Shown piece after piece: positions 39,210 through 48,801 of a stretch of 64,000 nt of DNA. A program made the position numbers and the translations under genes. Every line of letters starts with the position of its first letter. Positions within the stretch are counted from its first letter, which is position 1. Under the pieces are notes generated by a model. The model was not told the DNA's origin. It was given only the letters and a program-made list of their open reading frames with translations, and made no database searches. Origin of the DNA: an uncultured Pelagibacteraceae bacterium (GTDB lineage: Bacteria; Pseudomonadota; Alphaproteobacteria; Pelagibacterales; Pelagibacteraceae); assembly GCA_902537845.1 (NCBI GenBank), contig CACBDC010000006.1, positions 129 through 64,128 of the forward strand, read 5' to 3'.

Positions 39210-39819
39210 TATTCGGAAACCAGTTACTAAAACCGCTGATTTGGTAAAAACAAACATTAAGGTTGAGGATACAGATAATTATAATGCACACCCAACTCAA
39301 AAGTTACCTATAATAAAATCCTATTCAAATGGTAAGGCTCTTGAGCTCTATGAGTGGGGATTAGTTCCGAGTTGGTCTAAAAAATTAGATAAGTTTTCCC
39401 CCCTCATTAATGCAAGAAGAGAAACCCTTATGGAAAAAGTTACTTTTAAGAATCTTATCCAGACATCAAGATGTATTATTCCAGCTGATGGATATTATGA
39501 ATGGAAAAGAGAAGATAAAACAAAAACTCCCTTTTATTTTTCAAAAGAGGATGATGAATTGATGTATTTTGCCGGGATATATCAGAATAATCAGTTTTGT
39601 ATAATTACAAGAGAAGCTACTGAAAAAATTAGCACCATCCATCACAGAGAGCCGATGATTATTAATCAAAGCCAGATTAATAATTATTTGAACATTAAAA
39701 AGGATGCTATGGAAATATTAAACTCTATTAAACCACCTAATTTAAAGTTTCATGAGATATCAAAAGATGTTAATAATCCAGTAAATAATGACCCTGCTTT
39801 AATTAAACCTTTGAATTAA
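39193..39819 (+). CDS. SRAP (YedK/HMCES) abasic-site protection protein
   Basis: N-terminal MCGRY, WGLVPSW, INARRET, ADGYYEW, IHHR.P. Confidence 0.93.
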   Translation: MCGRYSIRKPVTKTADLVKTNIKVEDTDNYNAHPTQKLPIIKSYSNGKALELYEWGLVPSWSKKLDKFSPLINARRETLMEKVTFKNLIQTSRCIIPADGYYEWKREDKTKTPFYFSKEDDELMYFAGIYQNNQFCIITREATEKISTIHHREPMIINQSQINNYLNIKKDAMEILNSIKPPNLKFHEISKDVNNPVNNDPALIKPLN

Positions 39820-40629
39820 ATGAATTTATCTATCACACCAGGAAAAAATAATGTTGGAGCTTATATCAACGACATTAATTTAAAATCTCTAGATCAAGAT
39901 CAAGCAACAGAAATCAAAAAGATTTTAAACCAATTTGGCGTGATATTTATTAAAGAACAAAATCTTGATCCTGAAACTTATCAAAATTTTGCAAAAACTA
40001 TAGGGCAACCTGTAGTGTATCCAAGACTTAAAGGCCTTGATGAAAAGTTTCCATTTATAAATGTAATCGAGAGAAAGCCTAATGATAAAAATTTAAGCTT
40101 TGGTTCTAGCTGGCTTCACCAAGACACGAGTTATTTATCTAATGATAGACCAAGATATACAATGTTAATGGGAAAGGAAATACCAGTTGGCCAAGGTAAT
40201 ACTATATTCTCATCTGGCTTTAATGCTTACGATAAATTACCAGATGATATCAAACAAAAAATTAAAGATGCTACTGGAGTTTTTTCATCGGCAGGTCCTA
40301 TAGCAGTAACAAGACTTGAACGAGAAAAAGAAATGGGAATCAAATCTTCAGAAAATATGGAAGCTGAACACCCAATAGTTATTACCGTTGATGGAAAGAA
40401 TACCTTATATGTATCTCCAGGACATTTAATGAAAATTAAAAATGTAAAAGAAGACGAGGCTGAATATTTAAAGAATTATTTAGTGGATCATGTAAACAAG
40501 GAAGAGTTCATATTTTCATATGAGTGGACTAAAGGTGATATTTGTCTTTGGGATAATTTAAGCATTCTGCACATGGCTAGTGAGATCAAAAACTGCAGAA
40601 GAGTTATGCATAGAATAACGATAAAATAA
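39820..40629 (+). CDS. TauD/TfdA family Fe(II)/2-oxoglutarate dioxygenase
   Basis: HQD facial triad, WDN...H, RVMHRIT. Confidence 0.9.
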   Translation: MNLSITPGKNNVGAYINDINLKSLDQDQATEIKKILNQFGVIFIKEQNLDPETYQNFAKTIGQPVVYPRLKGLDEKFPFINVIERKPNDKNLSFGSSWLHQDTSYLSNDRPRYTMLMGKEIPVGQGNTIFSSGFNAYDKLPDDIKQKIKDATGVFSSAGPIAVTRLEREKEMGIKSSENMEAEHPIVITVDGKNTLYVSPGHLMKIKNVKEDEAEYLKNYLVDHVNKEEFIFSYEWTKGDICLWDNLSILHMASEIKNCRRVMHRITIK

Positions 40630-41673
40630 TTATTTTTTTAGAACCGTTAAGTGTCCCATTTTTCTTTTATTTTTAATAGTTTTTTTTCCGTAATCATAAA
40701 AGAATTCGGTTTTATTAAATTTTTTTAATCTGTAAGTCTCGATATCTTTTCCTAAGACATTGAACATTTCAGCGTTAGAAATTTTTTCTACTTTTTTTAA
40801 TCCTAAATCACATACTGCTCTTACATGATTTTCAAATTGGCTAATATTAAAAGCATTTATCGTTAGATGACCAGAATTATGAACTCTTGGAGCAATTTCA
40901 TTAACTAACAAGTTATCATCTTGGTCGATGAAATATTCAACACACATCGTACCAACGTAATCCAATTTTTCTGAAATAAGTTTTGCATAATTCTGAGCTT
41001 TAGTAAAAATTTCTTTATTAATATCTGCAGGGATTTTTGAATGATTTAAGATTTGGTCTTTATGAATATTTTCTATTGGCTCGTAAATATAAGTGTCACC
41101 ATTCAAATATCTAGTGATTACAACTGAAATCTCTTTCATTAGGTTTACCTTCTTTTCTAAAATATAGTCAGCAGTGAAACACCAATCTTTTTTTACATCA
41201 TCAAGAGAATTTAGAACAAATTGTCCATGCCCATCATAACCAAGTGTGTTTGACTTTAAAATTCCAGGTAATAGGTTTTTATTCTTCTCAACATCTCCAG
41301 CCTGTTTAATAAAGGCCCAATCTGTTGTTTTGATACCTAGATCATTGACGAAAGTTTTTTCTAAACTTCTATTCTGAATTGTTTTATTTATCTCAGGTTT
41401 AGGTAAGACTTTTTTACTTAATTCTATTTTTTTTAAAATATCTACTGGTATATTTTCAAATTCAAAGGTTACGACATCGACTTTATCAATAAATTCTTTA
41501 ATTTTATTTTCATCGTCATATTTTGAATAAATAAACTCGTTGGAATAATTTTGTGCAGGACCTTGTTCATCATCAGATACTACAACTGTTTTAACGCTAA
41601 GTTTTTTAGCTGCTTGGCAAAGTAGTGAGCCTAATTGTCCTGAGCCTATAATCCCTAAAGTGATATCAGACAT
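40630..41673 (-). CDS. purK: N5-CAIR synthase
   Basis: GSGQLG, TFEFEN, GYDGHGQ, NEIAPRVHNSGH, RKMGH. Confidence 0.96.
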   Translation of the reverse strand: MSDITLGIIGSGQLGSLLCQAAKKLSVKTVVVSDDEQGPAQNYSNEFIYSKYDDENKIKEFIDKVDVVTFEFENIPVDILKKIELSKKVLPKPEINKTIQNRSLEKTFVNDLGIKTTDWAFIKQAGDVEKNKNLLPGILKSNTLGYDGHGQFVLNSLDDVKKDWCFTADYILEKKVNLMKEISVVITRYLNGDTYIYEPIENIHKDQILNHSKIPADINKEIFTKAQNYAKLISEKLDYVGTMCVEYFIDQDDNLLVNEIAPRVHNSGHLTINAFNISQFENHVRAVCDLGLKKVEKISNAEMFNVLGKDIETYRLKKFNKTEFFYDYGKKTIKNKRKMGHLTVLKK

Positions 41674-41676
41674 TTA

Positions 41677-42165
41677 TTATTTAGGTTTTTTTTTAATAGA
41701 TAAAGTTTGGTGTCTTCTCCATTTTTCTAAATTTGATTTTACTTTTGTATCAAAGATACCAATTATTGAAGCAGCAAGAATACCTGCATTAAAAGCACCA
41801 TCGATTGCAAGACACCCTACGGGAACGCCTTTAGGCATTTGTGCCATAGATAGCAAGCTATCAAGGCCTTTTATTTTTTTAGTCTCCATAGGGACACCCA
41901 ATACCGGTAAAGTAGTTAAAGATGCAACCATGCCTGCTAAATGTGCAGCCCCGCCTGCTCCTGCTACAATCACACCAAAACCATTTTTTTCTGCCATTTC
42001 TGCAAATTGAAACATACGCTTTGGAGTTCGGTGAGCACTTACAATAAAAGTTTGGTATTTAACTTTAAGTAATTTTAGGATTTTTTCACAATCTTTCATT
42101 ACGGAATAATCGCTTTGTGAGCCCATAATGATGGCAACTTTTTTATTTAGATTCTTAGTTTTCAC
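41677..42165 (-). CDS. purE: N5-CAIR mutase
   Basis: IMGSQSD, SAHRTP, AGAGGAAHL, QMPKGVPV. Confidence 0.96.
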   Translation of the reverse strand: MKTKNLNKKVAIIMGSQSDYSVMKDCEKILKLLKVKYQTFIVSAHRTPKRMFQFAEMAEKNGFGVIVAGAGGAAHLAGMVASLTTLPVLGVPMETKKIKGLDSLLSMAQMPKGVPVGCLAIDGAFNAGILAASIIGIFDTKVKSNLEKWRRHQTLSIKKKPK

Positions 42166-42189
42166 AGATTAATTTAACAATTATAGCTC

Positions 42190-42222
42190 TAAAAACAATG
42201 GCCTAATGTTCATTAGGCCATT
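42190..42222 (-). terminator. intrinsic terminator
   Basis: Perfect AATGGCCTAATG/CATTAGGCCATT repeat followed by GTTTTT on the minus strand. Confidence 0.8.
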
Positions 42223-42244
42223 TAATAGTTATGGGGGAAATATG

Positions 42245-42361
42245 TTAAGCTCTTGCTCTAAAAGTAAGAAATTTTGCGGAGTTTTGAAGCTCGAATAAAG
42301 AAACTCTTCTTAATTTTCTATTAGTTGATTTATGTTTTTTTTTAGATGCTTTTAATTTCAT
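42245..42361 (-). CDS. uncalled 38-aa basic microprotein
   Basis: AAAGGA SD; MKLKASKKKHKSTNRKLRRVSLFELQNSAKFLTFRARA*; has its own terminator. Confidence 0.7.
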   Translation of the reverse strand: MKLKASKKKHKSTNRKLRRVSLFELQNSAKFLTFRARA

Positions 42362-42468
42362 AATTCCTTTTTAAGTTATTATTAGTGATTTAAGTAATGC
42401 TAAAATTGCAAACTAGATTTGAATTTAGTAACAGATTTAGGCAAAGTTTTGGCTGCTATTAGTCAAAT

Positions 42469-42861
42469 TTATATTTTTTCTAATAAATCTTTCGAAATCT
42501 TACTAACAGATCCATTATTACCTATAACCGCTAATTCAACCTGTGCTGTAACTAATATCTCATCATTTTTGGAAACCTCTTGTAACAAGTTAAGTCTTAC
42601 CGGTGATTTTTTTATAACCTTCGTTTTAATCTCTAAATTGTCCTCAAAATTTGCAGATTTTAAGTATTTCACATTGCATTCCCTCACAACAAAGATGACA
42701 TTAAATTGTTCTCTCAACTGTTTATGGTTAAGTTTTAAATGATCATAAATCATCTCTGTTCGTGCTCGTTCAATAAAATGTAAATACCTTGCATAGTAAA
42801 CGATGCCTCCAGCATCAGTGTCCTCATAGTAAACTTTTGTTTTATAAGTATGGTCTGCCAT
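42469..42861 (-). CDS. ybgC: YbgC-type acyl-CoA thioesterase
   Basis: VYYEDTDAGGIVYYARYL.F.ERARTE. Confidence 0.88.
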   Translation of the reverse strand: MADHTYKTKVYYEDTDAGGIVYYARYLHFIERARTEMIYDHLKLNHKQLREQFNVIFVVRECNVKYLKSANFEDNLEIKTKVIKKSPVRLNLLQEVSKNDEILVTAQVELAVIGNNGSVSKISKDLLEKI

Positions 42862-42973
42862 ATAATTGACAATAAGCTTTAAAGAGTTCCATTTCAACAA
42901 AGATAAGATAATTTTCTTTTTTTTGACTAATTTATGCCAAGCAAAGCGCAGAATTTTAAATTAACTTTAAACT

Positions 42974-43171
42974 ATGAAAATATTATCTATTATATCTTTG
43001 GTACTTTTGTTAACTAACTGTTCAAGTGGAAGTGTAGCTAAAATTGGAAAACGTTGTACTGTTGCTGATGCTAATCAATTACAAGAGTCTTCTTATGTCT
43101 GGATAGTAAGTAAAGAAGCCCAAAAAGATTTTGACAAAAGAATTAATAAGTCAAATTGTCTAGACAGCTAA
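42974..43171 (+). CDS. small lipoprotein
   Basis: Lipobox LLTNC; two further Cys residues. Confidence 0.75.
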   Translation: MKILSIISLVLLLTNCSSGSVAKIGKRCTVADANQLQESSYVWIVSKEAQKDFDKRINKSNCLDS

Positions 43172-43196
43172 ATACTTATTTAAATTCAAATAATTT

Positions 43197-43382
43197 ATGG
43201 TAATAAGGGGTATGAATTTACCCCTTATAACTGCTTGTATCGTAATCGTTTTAGCTCTAATTATTCTTCCTTTAATTGTCTCTTATAAAGCTGAAAAAAA
43301 AGAAAAAAATAACATAAATGAGTGGGATAAAATTAAAGAATATGGAAATAGAATTAATAACAAAACAAGAGACAAATATTAA
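43197..43382 (+). CDS. small single-TM protein
   Basis: Hydrophobic helix plus charged tail; start may be 43212. Confidence 0.6.
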   Translation: MVIRGMNLPLITACIVIVLALIILPLIVSYKAEKKEKNNINEWDKIKEYGNRINNKTRDKY

Positions 43383-43390
43383 TAGAAATA

Positions 43391-44476
43391 ATGAAAAAAT
43401 TATCATCGTTTCTGCTAATTATTCTGTTTTTTAACATTGAGGTTATTGCGATGGACCACAAACCTTATCACCACATTTATAAAGACGGTAAGTTATTTGC
43501 ATTTAGAAATCTTGAGGGAGGTCCGAAAAGGGATCCTAATTTTAAATGGGATTGGAAAGTTTTCAGAGAAGAAAAGAAAAAACTTAAGATCGATTATCCG
43601 CCCGAACATGTAATCGATAAGCAAATAGTTTTAAAAAATCTTGAGAAATATAAATTTGACTCTTATGTGATGTGGCTTGATCATGCGAGCTTTATAATTA
43701 AACTTGGAGATACTACAATAATCACTGATCCAGTTTTTGAAAAAAATTATGGACCTATGATATTTGGCCCTAAGAAATACATAGAGTCACCTTTGACTCT
43801 AAAAGATCTTCCTAAGATAGATTTATTTTTACTGACACACAATCATTATGATCACATGAGTATTCGTACCATAAAAAACTTTCCTTATAAGAATGCTAGA
43901 GTTCTTGTGCCTCTCAAGCTTGGAAAATATTTCACAAAAAATGGATATAAAAAAGACACTGTTAATGAAATGGATTGGTTTGATAAAATCATAATTAATG
44001 ATGAAATCTCAGTTACAATGCTTCCAAGCCAACATTGGTCCAAGCGGTGGATTTGGGGAGATGGAAATACAAATAGAACACTTTGGGGGAGTTTTTTAAT
44101 TGAATACAAAGATAAAAAAATATTTTTTGCTTGTGATACTGGACCAGCACCATTTTATAAAGAGTTAGGAAAAAAATTTGGTCCTATCGATTTGGGTTTT
44201 GGAAATTTGGGTGCCTACAATTTCTATCCAATTGTTCCGGTCAAGGATAAATCCACTGCTCACGCAAACCCTGAAGAGCTTTTATCTTTGATGAAAGACT
44301 TAGAGGTAAAAAAAGTTATTGGAATGCATTGGGGTACAGCGATATTAAGTTTGGAACCTATTTGGGAGCCTCCTGTAAGATTTAAAGAAAATGCTGAAAA
44401 GTTTGGCTACAAAAAAGAGGAGGCTATTATATTTAAAATTGGTGAGATTAAAAAATTAGAAGATCTTATCAACTAA
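43391..44476 (+). CDS. MBL-fold hydrolase (RomA/NAPE-PLD-like), probably exported
   Basis: TDPVF, THNHYDH, QHWSKR, FACDTG, MHWGT. Confidence 0.88.
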   Translation: MKKLSSFLLIILFFNIEVIAMDHKPYHHIYKDGKLFAFRNLEGGPKRDPNFKWDWKVFREEKKKLKIDYPPEHVIDKQIVLKNLEKYKFDSYVMWLDHASFIIKLGDTTIITDPVFEKNYGPMIFGPKKYIESPLTLKDLPKIDLFLLTHNHYDHMSIRTIKNFPYKNARVLVPLKLGKYFTKNGYKKDTVNEMDWFDKIIINDEISVTMLPSQHWSKRWIWGDGNTNRTLWGSFLIEYKDKKIFFACDTGPAPFYKELGKKFGPIDLGFGNLGAYNFYPIVPVKDKSTAHANPEELLSLMKDLEVKKVIGMHWGTAILSLEPIWEPPVRFKENAEKFGYKKEEAIIFKIGEIKKLEDLIN

Positions 44477-45677
44477 CTTTTCTTTTATTTCTCTCGCTGT
44501 CTAATAATTTTGTCAATGCATCAACCATTATATCAGAAGCTTTAAATATTTCATTTGGTTGAAATTCATGTGTTGTGTGCTTTTCAGGATCGGTTTTGTC
44601 TTCAATTATTATTCCCTCATCTGGTGAATTATTTTTTATATAAATTAAAATTAACCAATCAGCTTCGATTGCATCATCCCATTTTATATAAATTTCTCCT
44701 GTTTCAAATCTTTTATCAATACATCTAATAATACTTAAATATTTGGGAATATATTTTTTGTTTAGTTGAAAACACAAACTGTGAGCTGATCGGTAAAAAC
44801 TTTCAAGAGCATATTCGATCTTTTCTCTTTCTTCGTTGTAAACTCTCTCTTTTTCTAATAACGTTGCTTTATCATCAGTGTCTTCTACTTTGATGCCTAA
44901 ATTTGCAACTCTTTCCCTTATGGCTTCATTAATTTTTTGCTCTCTGATTAACTTGTATTTTTCTTTTATTTTATCGATACGTTGTTGAACTTCCTCGTAA
45001 GACTCTCTTTGTTGGCTTAAAACATATTTTTCAAGACTCTTAATTTCTAATTCTTCTCTTTTTCTAAAAAGATCAATTTTTTTCTCCAATTTGATTTGCT
45101 CTAAAAATTGTCTTTGTTTCTCAGCTCTCTCTTTTCTTAATTCGGCTTGCTCTAATTTTATAAATCTTTGTAAATCTAGTTTTCTCTCTTTTTCAAGTAT
45201 TTGTTCTTCTTTAAGCTCATTTCTTTTTGCCTCTAAAGCAATTTTTTCTTGCTCTAATAATCTTTTTTGAGCATCTTTTTTTTCTTGTTCCATAAGCTTT
45301 AGTTTTATTTTCTTTTGTTTTTCTCGCTCTTCTAGAATAATTTTTTTGATACTTGAAACTTTATTGGAAATACCTTTAAAAAATGCCTGTAAAGTTTGAT
45401 CTAAATTTATATTAACTCTAAATATTGATTTTATCCTATCATTAAGTCTTAATAAGCTTGAAACTATAACTCTTGTTTTTTGAGGATTTTTTTTTGGTTT
45501 CTTTAATTTTACTTTAGCTTTACTTCTTCTTTTTTTCTTTACTGGTCTTTTTGATTTTTTTCTTTTTAGAAATTTCTTATTTTTTATTTTTTTTCTTTTA
45601 TTTTTAAATCTCCGAATAAAGGATTTTTTTTGCTTTTTTTTCTTAACCTTTATAGGTTTTTTTTTCTTCTTTTTCAT
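44469..45677 (-). CDS. hypothetical protein: Lys-rich N-terminus, long coiled coil, globular C-domain
   Basis: 402-aa ORF; composition. Confidence 0.75.
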   Translation of the reverse strand: MKKKKKKPIKVKKKKQKKSFIRRFKNKRKKIKNKKFLKRKKSKRPVKKKRRSKAKVKLKKPKKNPQKTRVIVSSLLRLNDRIKSIFRVNINLDQTLQAFFKGISNKVSSIKKIILEEREKQKKIKLKLMEQEKKDAQKRLLEQEKIALEAKRNELKEEQILEKERKLDLQRFIKLEQAELRKERAEKQRQFLEQIKLEKKIDLFRKREELEIKSLEKYVLSQQRESYEEVQQRIDKIKEKYKLIREQKINEAIRERVANLGIKVEDTDDKATLLEKERVYNEEREKIEYALESFYRSAHSLCFQLNKKYIPKYLSIIRCIDKRFETGEIYIKWDDAIEADWLILIYIKNNSPDEGIIIEDKTDPEKHTTHEFQPNEIFKASDIMVDALTKLLDSERNKRKVS

Positions 45678-45703
45678 ACTTGCTATTTATTAAATAGCAC
45701 TTT

Positions 45704-46909
45704 TTATGAATATATATAGTCTCTTGTTCGGTGAGCTGATTGAAAGTTCTTAACAATTTGTAATTGAAAAACAACTAGATCTCTATATCTAAATGCTGCT
45801 GCACAACTAGCCATATAAAATTCCCACATTTTAACAAATCTTTCATCAAATAAATCTTTTACCTCCTTTTTCTTTTTTAAAAATCGTTCTAACCAACTTT
45901 CTAAAGTTTTGTCATAATGCCTAATTAATGTTTCTGTATCAGCTACAATCAAACCAGTCTTTTCAATTGGATTTATTATTTGACTGAATGAAGGACAAAC
46001 TCCACCTGGAAATATGTACTTATTTATAAACTTATTTGGCGCTGAGGGTTTATCTACTACACCAATTGTGTGTAATAAAAATATTCCATCATCTTTGAGT
46101 AGTTCATTCATCGATTTAAAAAAAGTGTGGTAAAATTTTCTGCCAACGTGTTCGAACATGCCCACAGAAAAAATTCTATCATACTTTCCTTTTATTTCTC
46201 TATAATCAATTAGTTCAAATTTAACCTGGTTGTCTAAATTTAATTCCTTAGCTTTACGTTTACAATATTCAATTTGATTTTTACTTAAGGAAATTCCAGT
46301 CACTTCACATTTTTTCTGTTTTGCGATTTCAAAAGCCATGCCTCCCCAGCCACAACCAACTTCTAAAATTTTTTGTCCTTCTTTTATGTCCAATTTTTTT
46401 ACAATATGATCTATTTTATTTTGTTGGGCTTCCTCTAAAGTTTTAGTATCATTTTTCCAATACGCACACGAATAAAGTCTATGAGTTTTGTCTAAGAAAA
46501 TATCATAGAGTTTTTCACCTCTAGCTCCACCAATATCATAATGATGTTCAACATTTTTTCTTGATTTTCCTGGCAAATTAAAATTTGTTACAGTTCTCCA
46601 TGCTTGAAATAATTTTTTAGCTATTATACTCGATGTTGAGATCTCATCTCGACCTAAATTCTTTAGAAGATCCATTAAAAAATCTTTCATTGAAGCATTT
46701 TCAATTTCAATTTCATTTCTCATATATGCCTCTGGAAATTCAAGTTCAGGATCTAATAATAATTTCCAACTAAGATTATCTTTAAGTAGTTTTACAGTAA
46801 CGGGTTTTTCTTTTCGTGGATTGCCGCAAATATATTTTTGTCCTTTTGCATCTACTAAAATAATTCCACTTTCATTATAAATTTTTGAAAATATTCTCGC
46901 TAATATCAT
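45704..46909 (-). CDS. cfa: cyclopropane fatty acid synthase family methyltransferase
   Basis: HHYD, YSCAYW, LEEAQ..K, EVGCGWGG, SVGMFEHVG, KYIFPGG. Confidence 0.92.
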   Translation of the reverse strand: MILARIFSKIYNESGIILVDAKGQKYICGNPRKEKPVTVKLLKDNLSWKLLLDPELEFPEAYMRNEIEIENASMKDFLMDLLKNLGRDEISTSSIIAKKLFQAWRTVTNFNLPGKSRKNVEHHYDIGGARGEKLYDIFLDKTHRLYSCAYWKNDTKTLEEAQQNKIDHIVKKLDIKEGQKILEVGCGWGGMAFEIAKQKKCEVTGISLSKNQIEYCKRKAKELNLDNQVKFELIDYREIKGKYDRIFSVGMFEHVGRKFYHTFFKSMNELLKDDGIFLLHTIGVVDKPSAPNKFINKYIFPGGVCPSFSQIINPIEKTGLIVADTETLIRHYDKTLESWLERFLKKKKEVKDLFDERFVKMWEFYMASCAAAFRYRDLVVFQLQIVKNFQSAHRTRDYIYS

Positions 46910-46912
46910 AAT

Positions 46913-47797
46913 CTATGCTGCCAAGTTTTTTTCTGACGTAAATCCTAATTTATTTAATTTATCAATTAGTTCTGTCTGTTTTGCCTGAGATAATAAAACC
47001 AGTGGTGGTAAAATATTCTTAAATTTTTCGTCTTTTATAGATAAAAAACTATGAAGGGCTGAAATCAAATTAAATTGGTCAAATGTTTCTCTTACATTAA
47101 TTAATTTTTCGTTTTTAGATTGTGAAACTTGATTTTCAAAATCATCAAAGACTTTTCTAGCTAATGAATGTGTAACATTAGTTACCGCAGATATACAACC
47201 TGAACAACCAAGTTCTAGACCTTTTAAAAGTTTTGCTTCTGAGCCTGGAAACATTAAAAAATTTGGTAACCTCAAGCTTTCAAATAAATTATAACTAGAG
47301 TCTTTACATCCAATTATATTTTCTGGAAAATTTTTAACCAGTTTGGTTACCATTTTTACTGAAAATTTATAACCACTTAACTTTTCAAAATTATAAATAA
47401 TAATTTTTACTTTAGGAATAGCTTTAATTAATCTTGAATAAAAATCAAAAACTCCTTCGTCTGTGTTTCCTTTGTAATATGCTGGAGGCATAATTAAAAA
47501 TTCTCTAAAGTCAAATTCCATTGCATATGTGATTAAATCAATATTTTCATTGAGTGAATTATTGCCGGTTCCAAGAAAAAATTGTTTTTTTAATTTATGG
47601 CTCGCTATTTTTGCTATAAGTTCTTTCTTTTCATTTGTTGATATCAATTGGCTTTGACCGGTTGAGCCAAAAAAGAAAACTCCGTGCAAGCCATTTTGAA
47701 TACCCTCACTTGCATGATTAATTGTTGCGTCAATATTTAATGTTCTATCATTGTTAAGAACACTTAATCCCGCAGCGTATACTCCTTTTTTAATCAT
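46913..47797 (-). CDS. DapA/NAL-family aldolase
   Basis: GSTGQ, PPAYYK, YN, GCKDSS. Confidence 0.85.
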   Translation of the reverse strand: MIKKGVYAAGLSVLNNDRTLNIDATINHASEGIQNGLHGVFFFGSTGQSQLISTNEKKELIAKIASHKLKKQFFLGTGNNSLNENIDLITYAMEFDFREFLIMPPAYYKGNTDEGVFDFYSRLIKAIPKVKIIIYNFEKLSGYKFSVKMVTKLVKNFPENIIGCKDSSYNLFESLRLPNFLMFPGSEAKLLKGLELGCSGCISAVTNVTHSLARKVFDDFENQVSQSKNEKLINVRETFDQFNLISALHSFLSIKDEKFKNILPPLVLLSQAKQTELIDKLNKLGFTSEKNLAA

Positions 47798-47844
47798 AAT
47801 CTTACCTAAATTATTCTATCTAAGTTATATTATTAGATTTAAAA

Positions 47845-48801
47845 ATGAAAGTTTTAGTAATTCAACCAAAAATTGGTATGGGCGATATGGTAATCTATCT
47901 GCCATATATTCATGGTATTTCAAAAAAATATCAAACACCCGTGTCTATCTTGGTAAAAGAGAATTCTCGTGCCAATCAACTTTTAGCTGAAGATGATCAT
48001 ATTAAGGAAATTTTAATATTGGATCGGACAAAAGATAATTCTGGAGCTCACGACGGTTTTTCAGGATTCTTTAAATTAATAAAAAATCTTAAATTAAAAA
48101 AATTTGATAAAGTTTTTATTTTTAATAGCTCTCTAAGATATTTTTTAATTTCTAAAATAGCTGGAATAAAAAATATTTCTCAATACCCGTTGTTTAGAAA
48201 AAAAGATAATATTGTAACATCTGCAAAAATTTTTACAGAAAATGAATTAGGAAAAATTGTGTCAACACAACCAGAGCTTATAATCAATAAGAATAAAGTA
48301 AATGAGGCTAGGCATAAATTTTCAAAAGAGTTTAAACATATTTGTTTAGGTCTATCAGCTAGTGGTCCGACAAAAAGATGGGATATTAAAAATTTTATAA
48401 AGCTTTGTATTAATATTAATTCAAAGATACCTTCAAAATTTTATTTAGCAGCAGGTAAAAACGATAAAAATTTAATTGACCAATTCCTTAACTCTGAATT
48501 ATCAAATAAATGTATTTCATTTAAGGACTTAAAAATAAGTGAAACGTTACCCATCATTAAAAATTGTAATCTTTATATTGGCAATGATACTGGTTGGTTA
48601 CATATATCATCAGCCTTAGGTGTTAAATGTTTAGCATTATTCATGGATAGTCCGGTTCAAGCTTATGGAAAATATTCAAAAAATATTAATATAATTGTTC
48701 CTGAAGGTGAAACTGAAGAAACTACAACACACGATACTTTGGGAGCAGATAAAATTTCTTTTAAGAGAGTCTTTAACAAATCGATAGAGCTATTAAGTTA
48801 A
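47845..48801 (+). CDS. GT9 LPS heptosyltransferase-like
   Basis: GMGDMV, KRW, GNDTGWLHISSALG. Confidence 0.88.
   Translation: MKVLVIQPKIGMGDMVIYLPYIHGISKKYQTPVSILVKENSRANQLLAEDDHIKEILILDRTKDNSGAHDGFSGFFKLIKNLKLKKFDKVFIFNSSLRYFLISKIAGIKNISQYPLFRKKDNIVTSAKIFTENELGKIVSTQPELIINKNKVNEARHKFSKEFKHICLGLSASGPTKRWDIKNFIKLCININSKIPSKFYLAAGKNDKNLIDQFLNSELSNKCISFKDLKISETLPIIKNCNLYIGNDTGWLHISSALGVKCLALFMDSPVQAYGKYSKNINIIVPEGETEETTTHDTLGADKISFKRVFNKSIELLS

Noticed and set aside
45480-45677. Poly-T/low-complexity tract as a repeat element
   Set aside because: Explained by Lys codons of the minus-strand ORF
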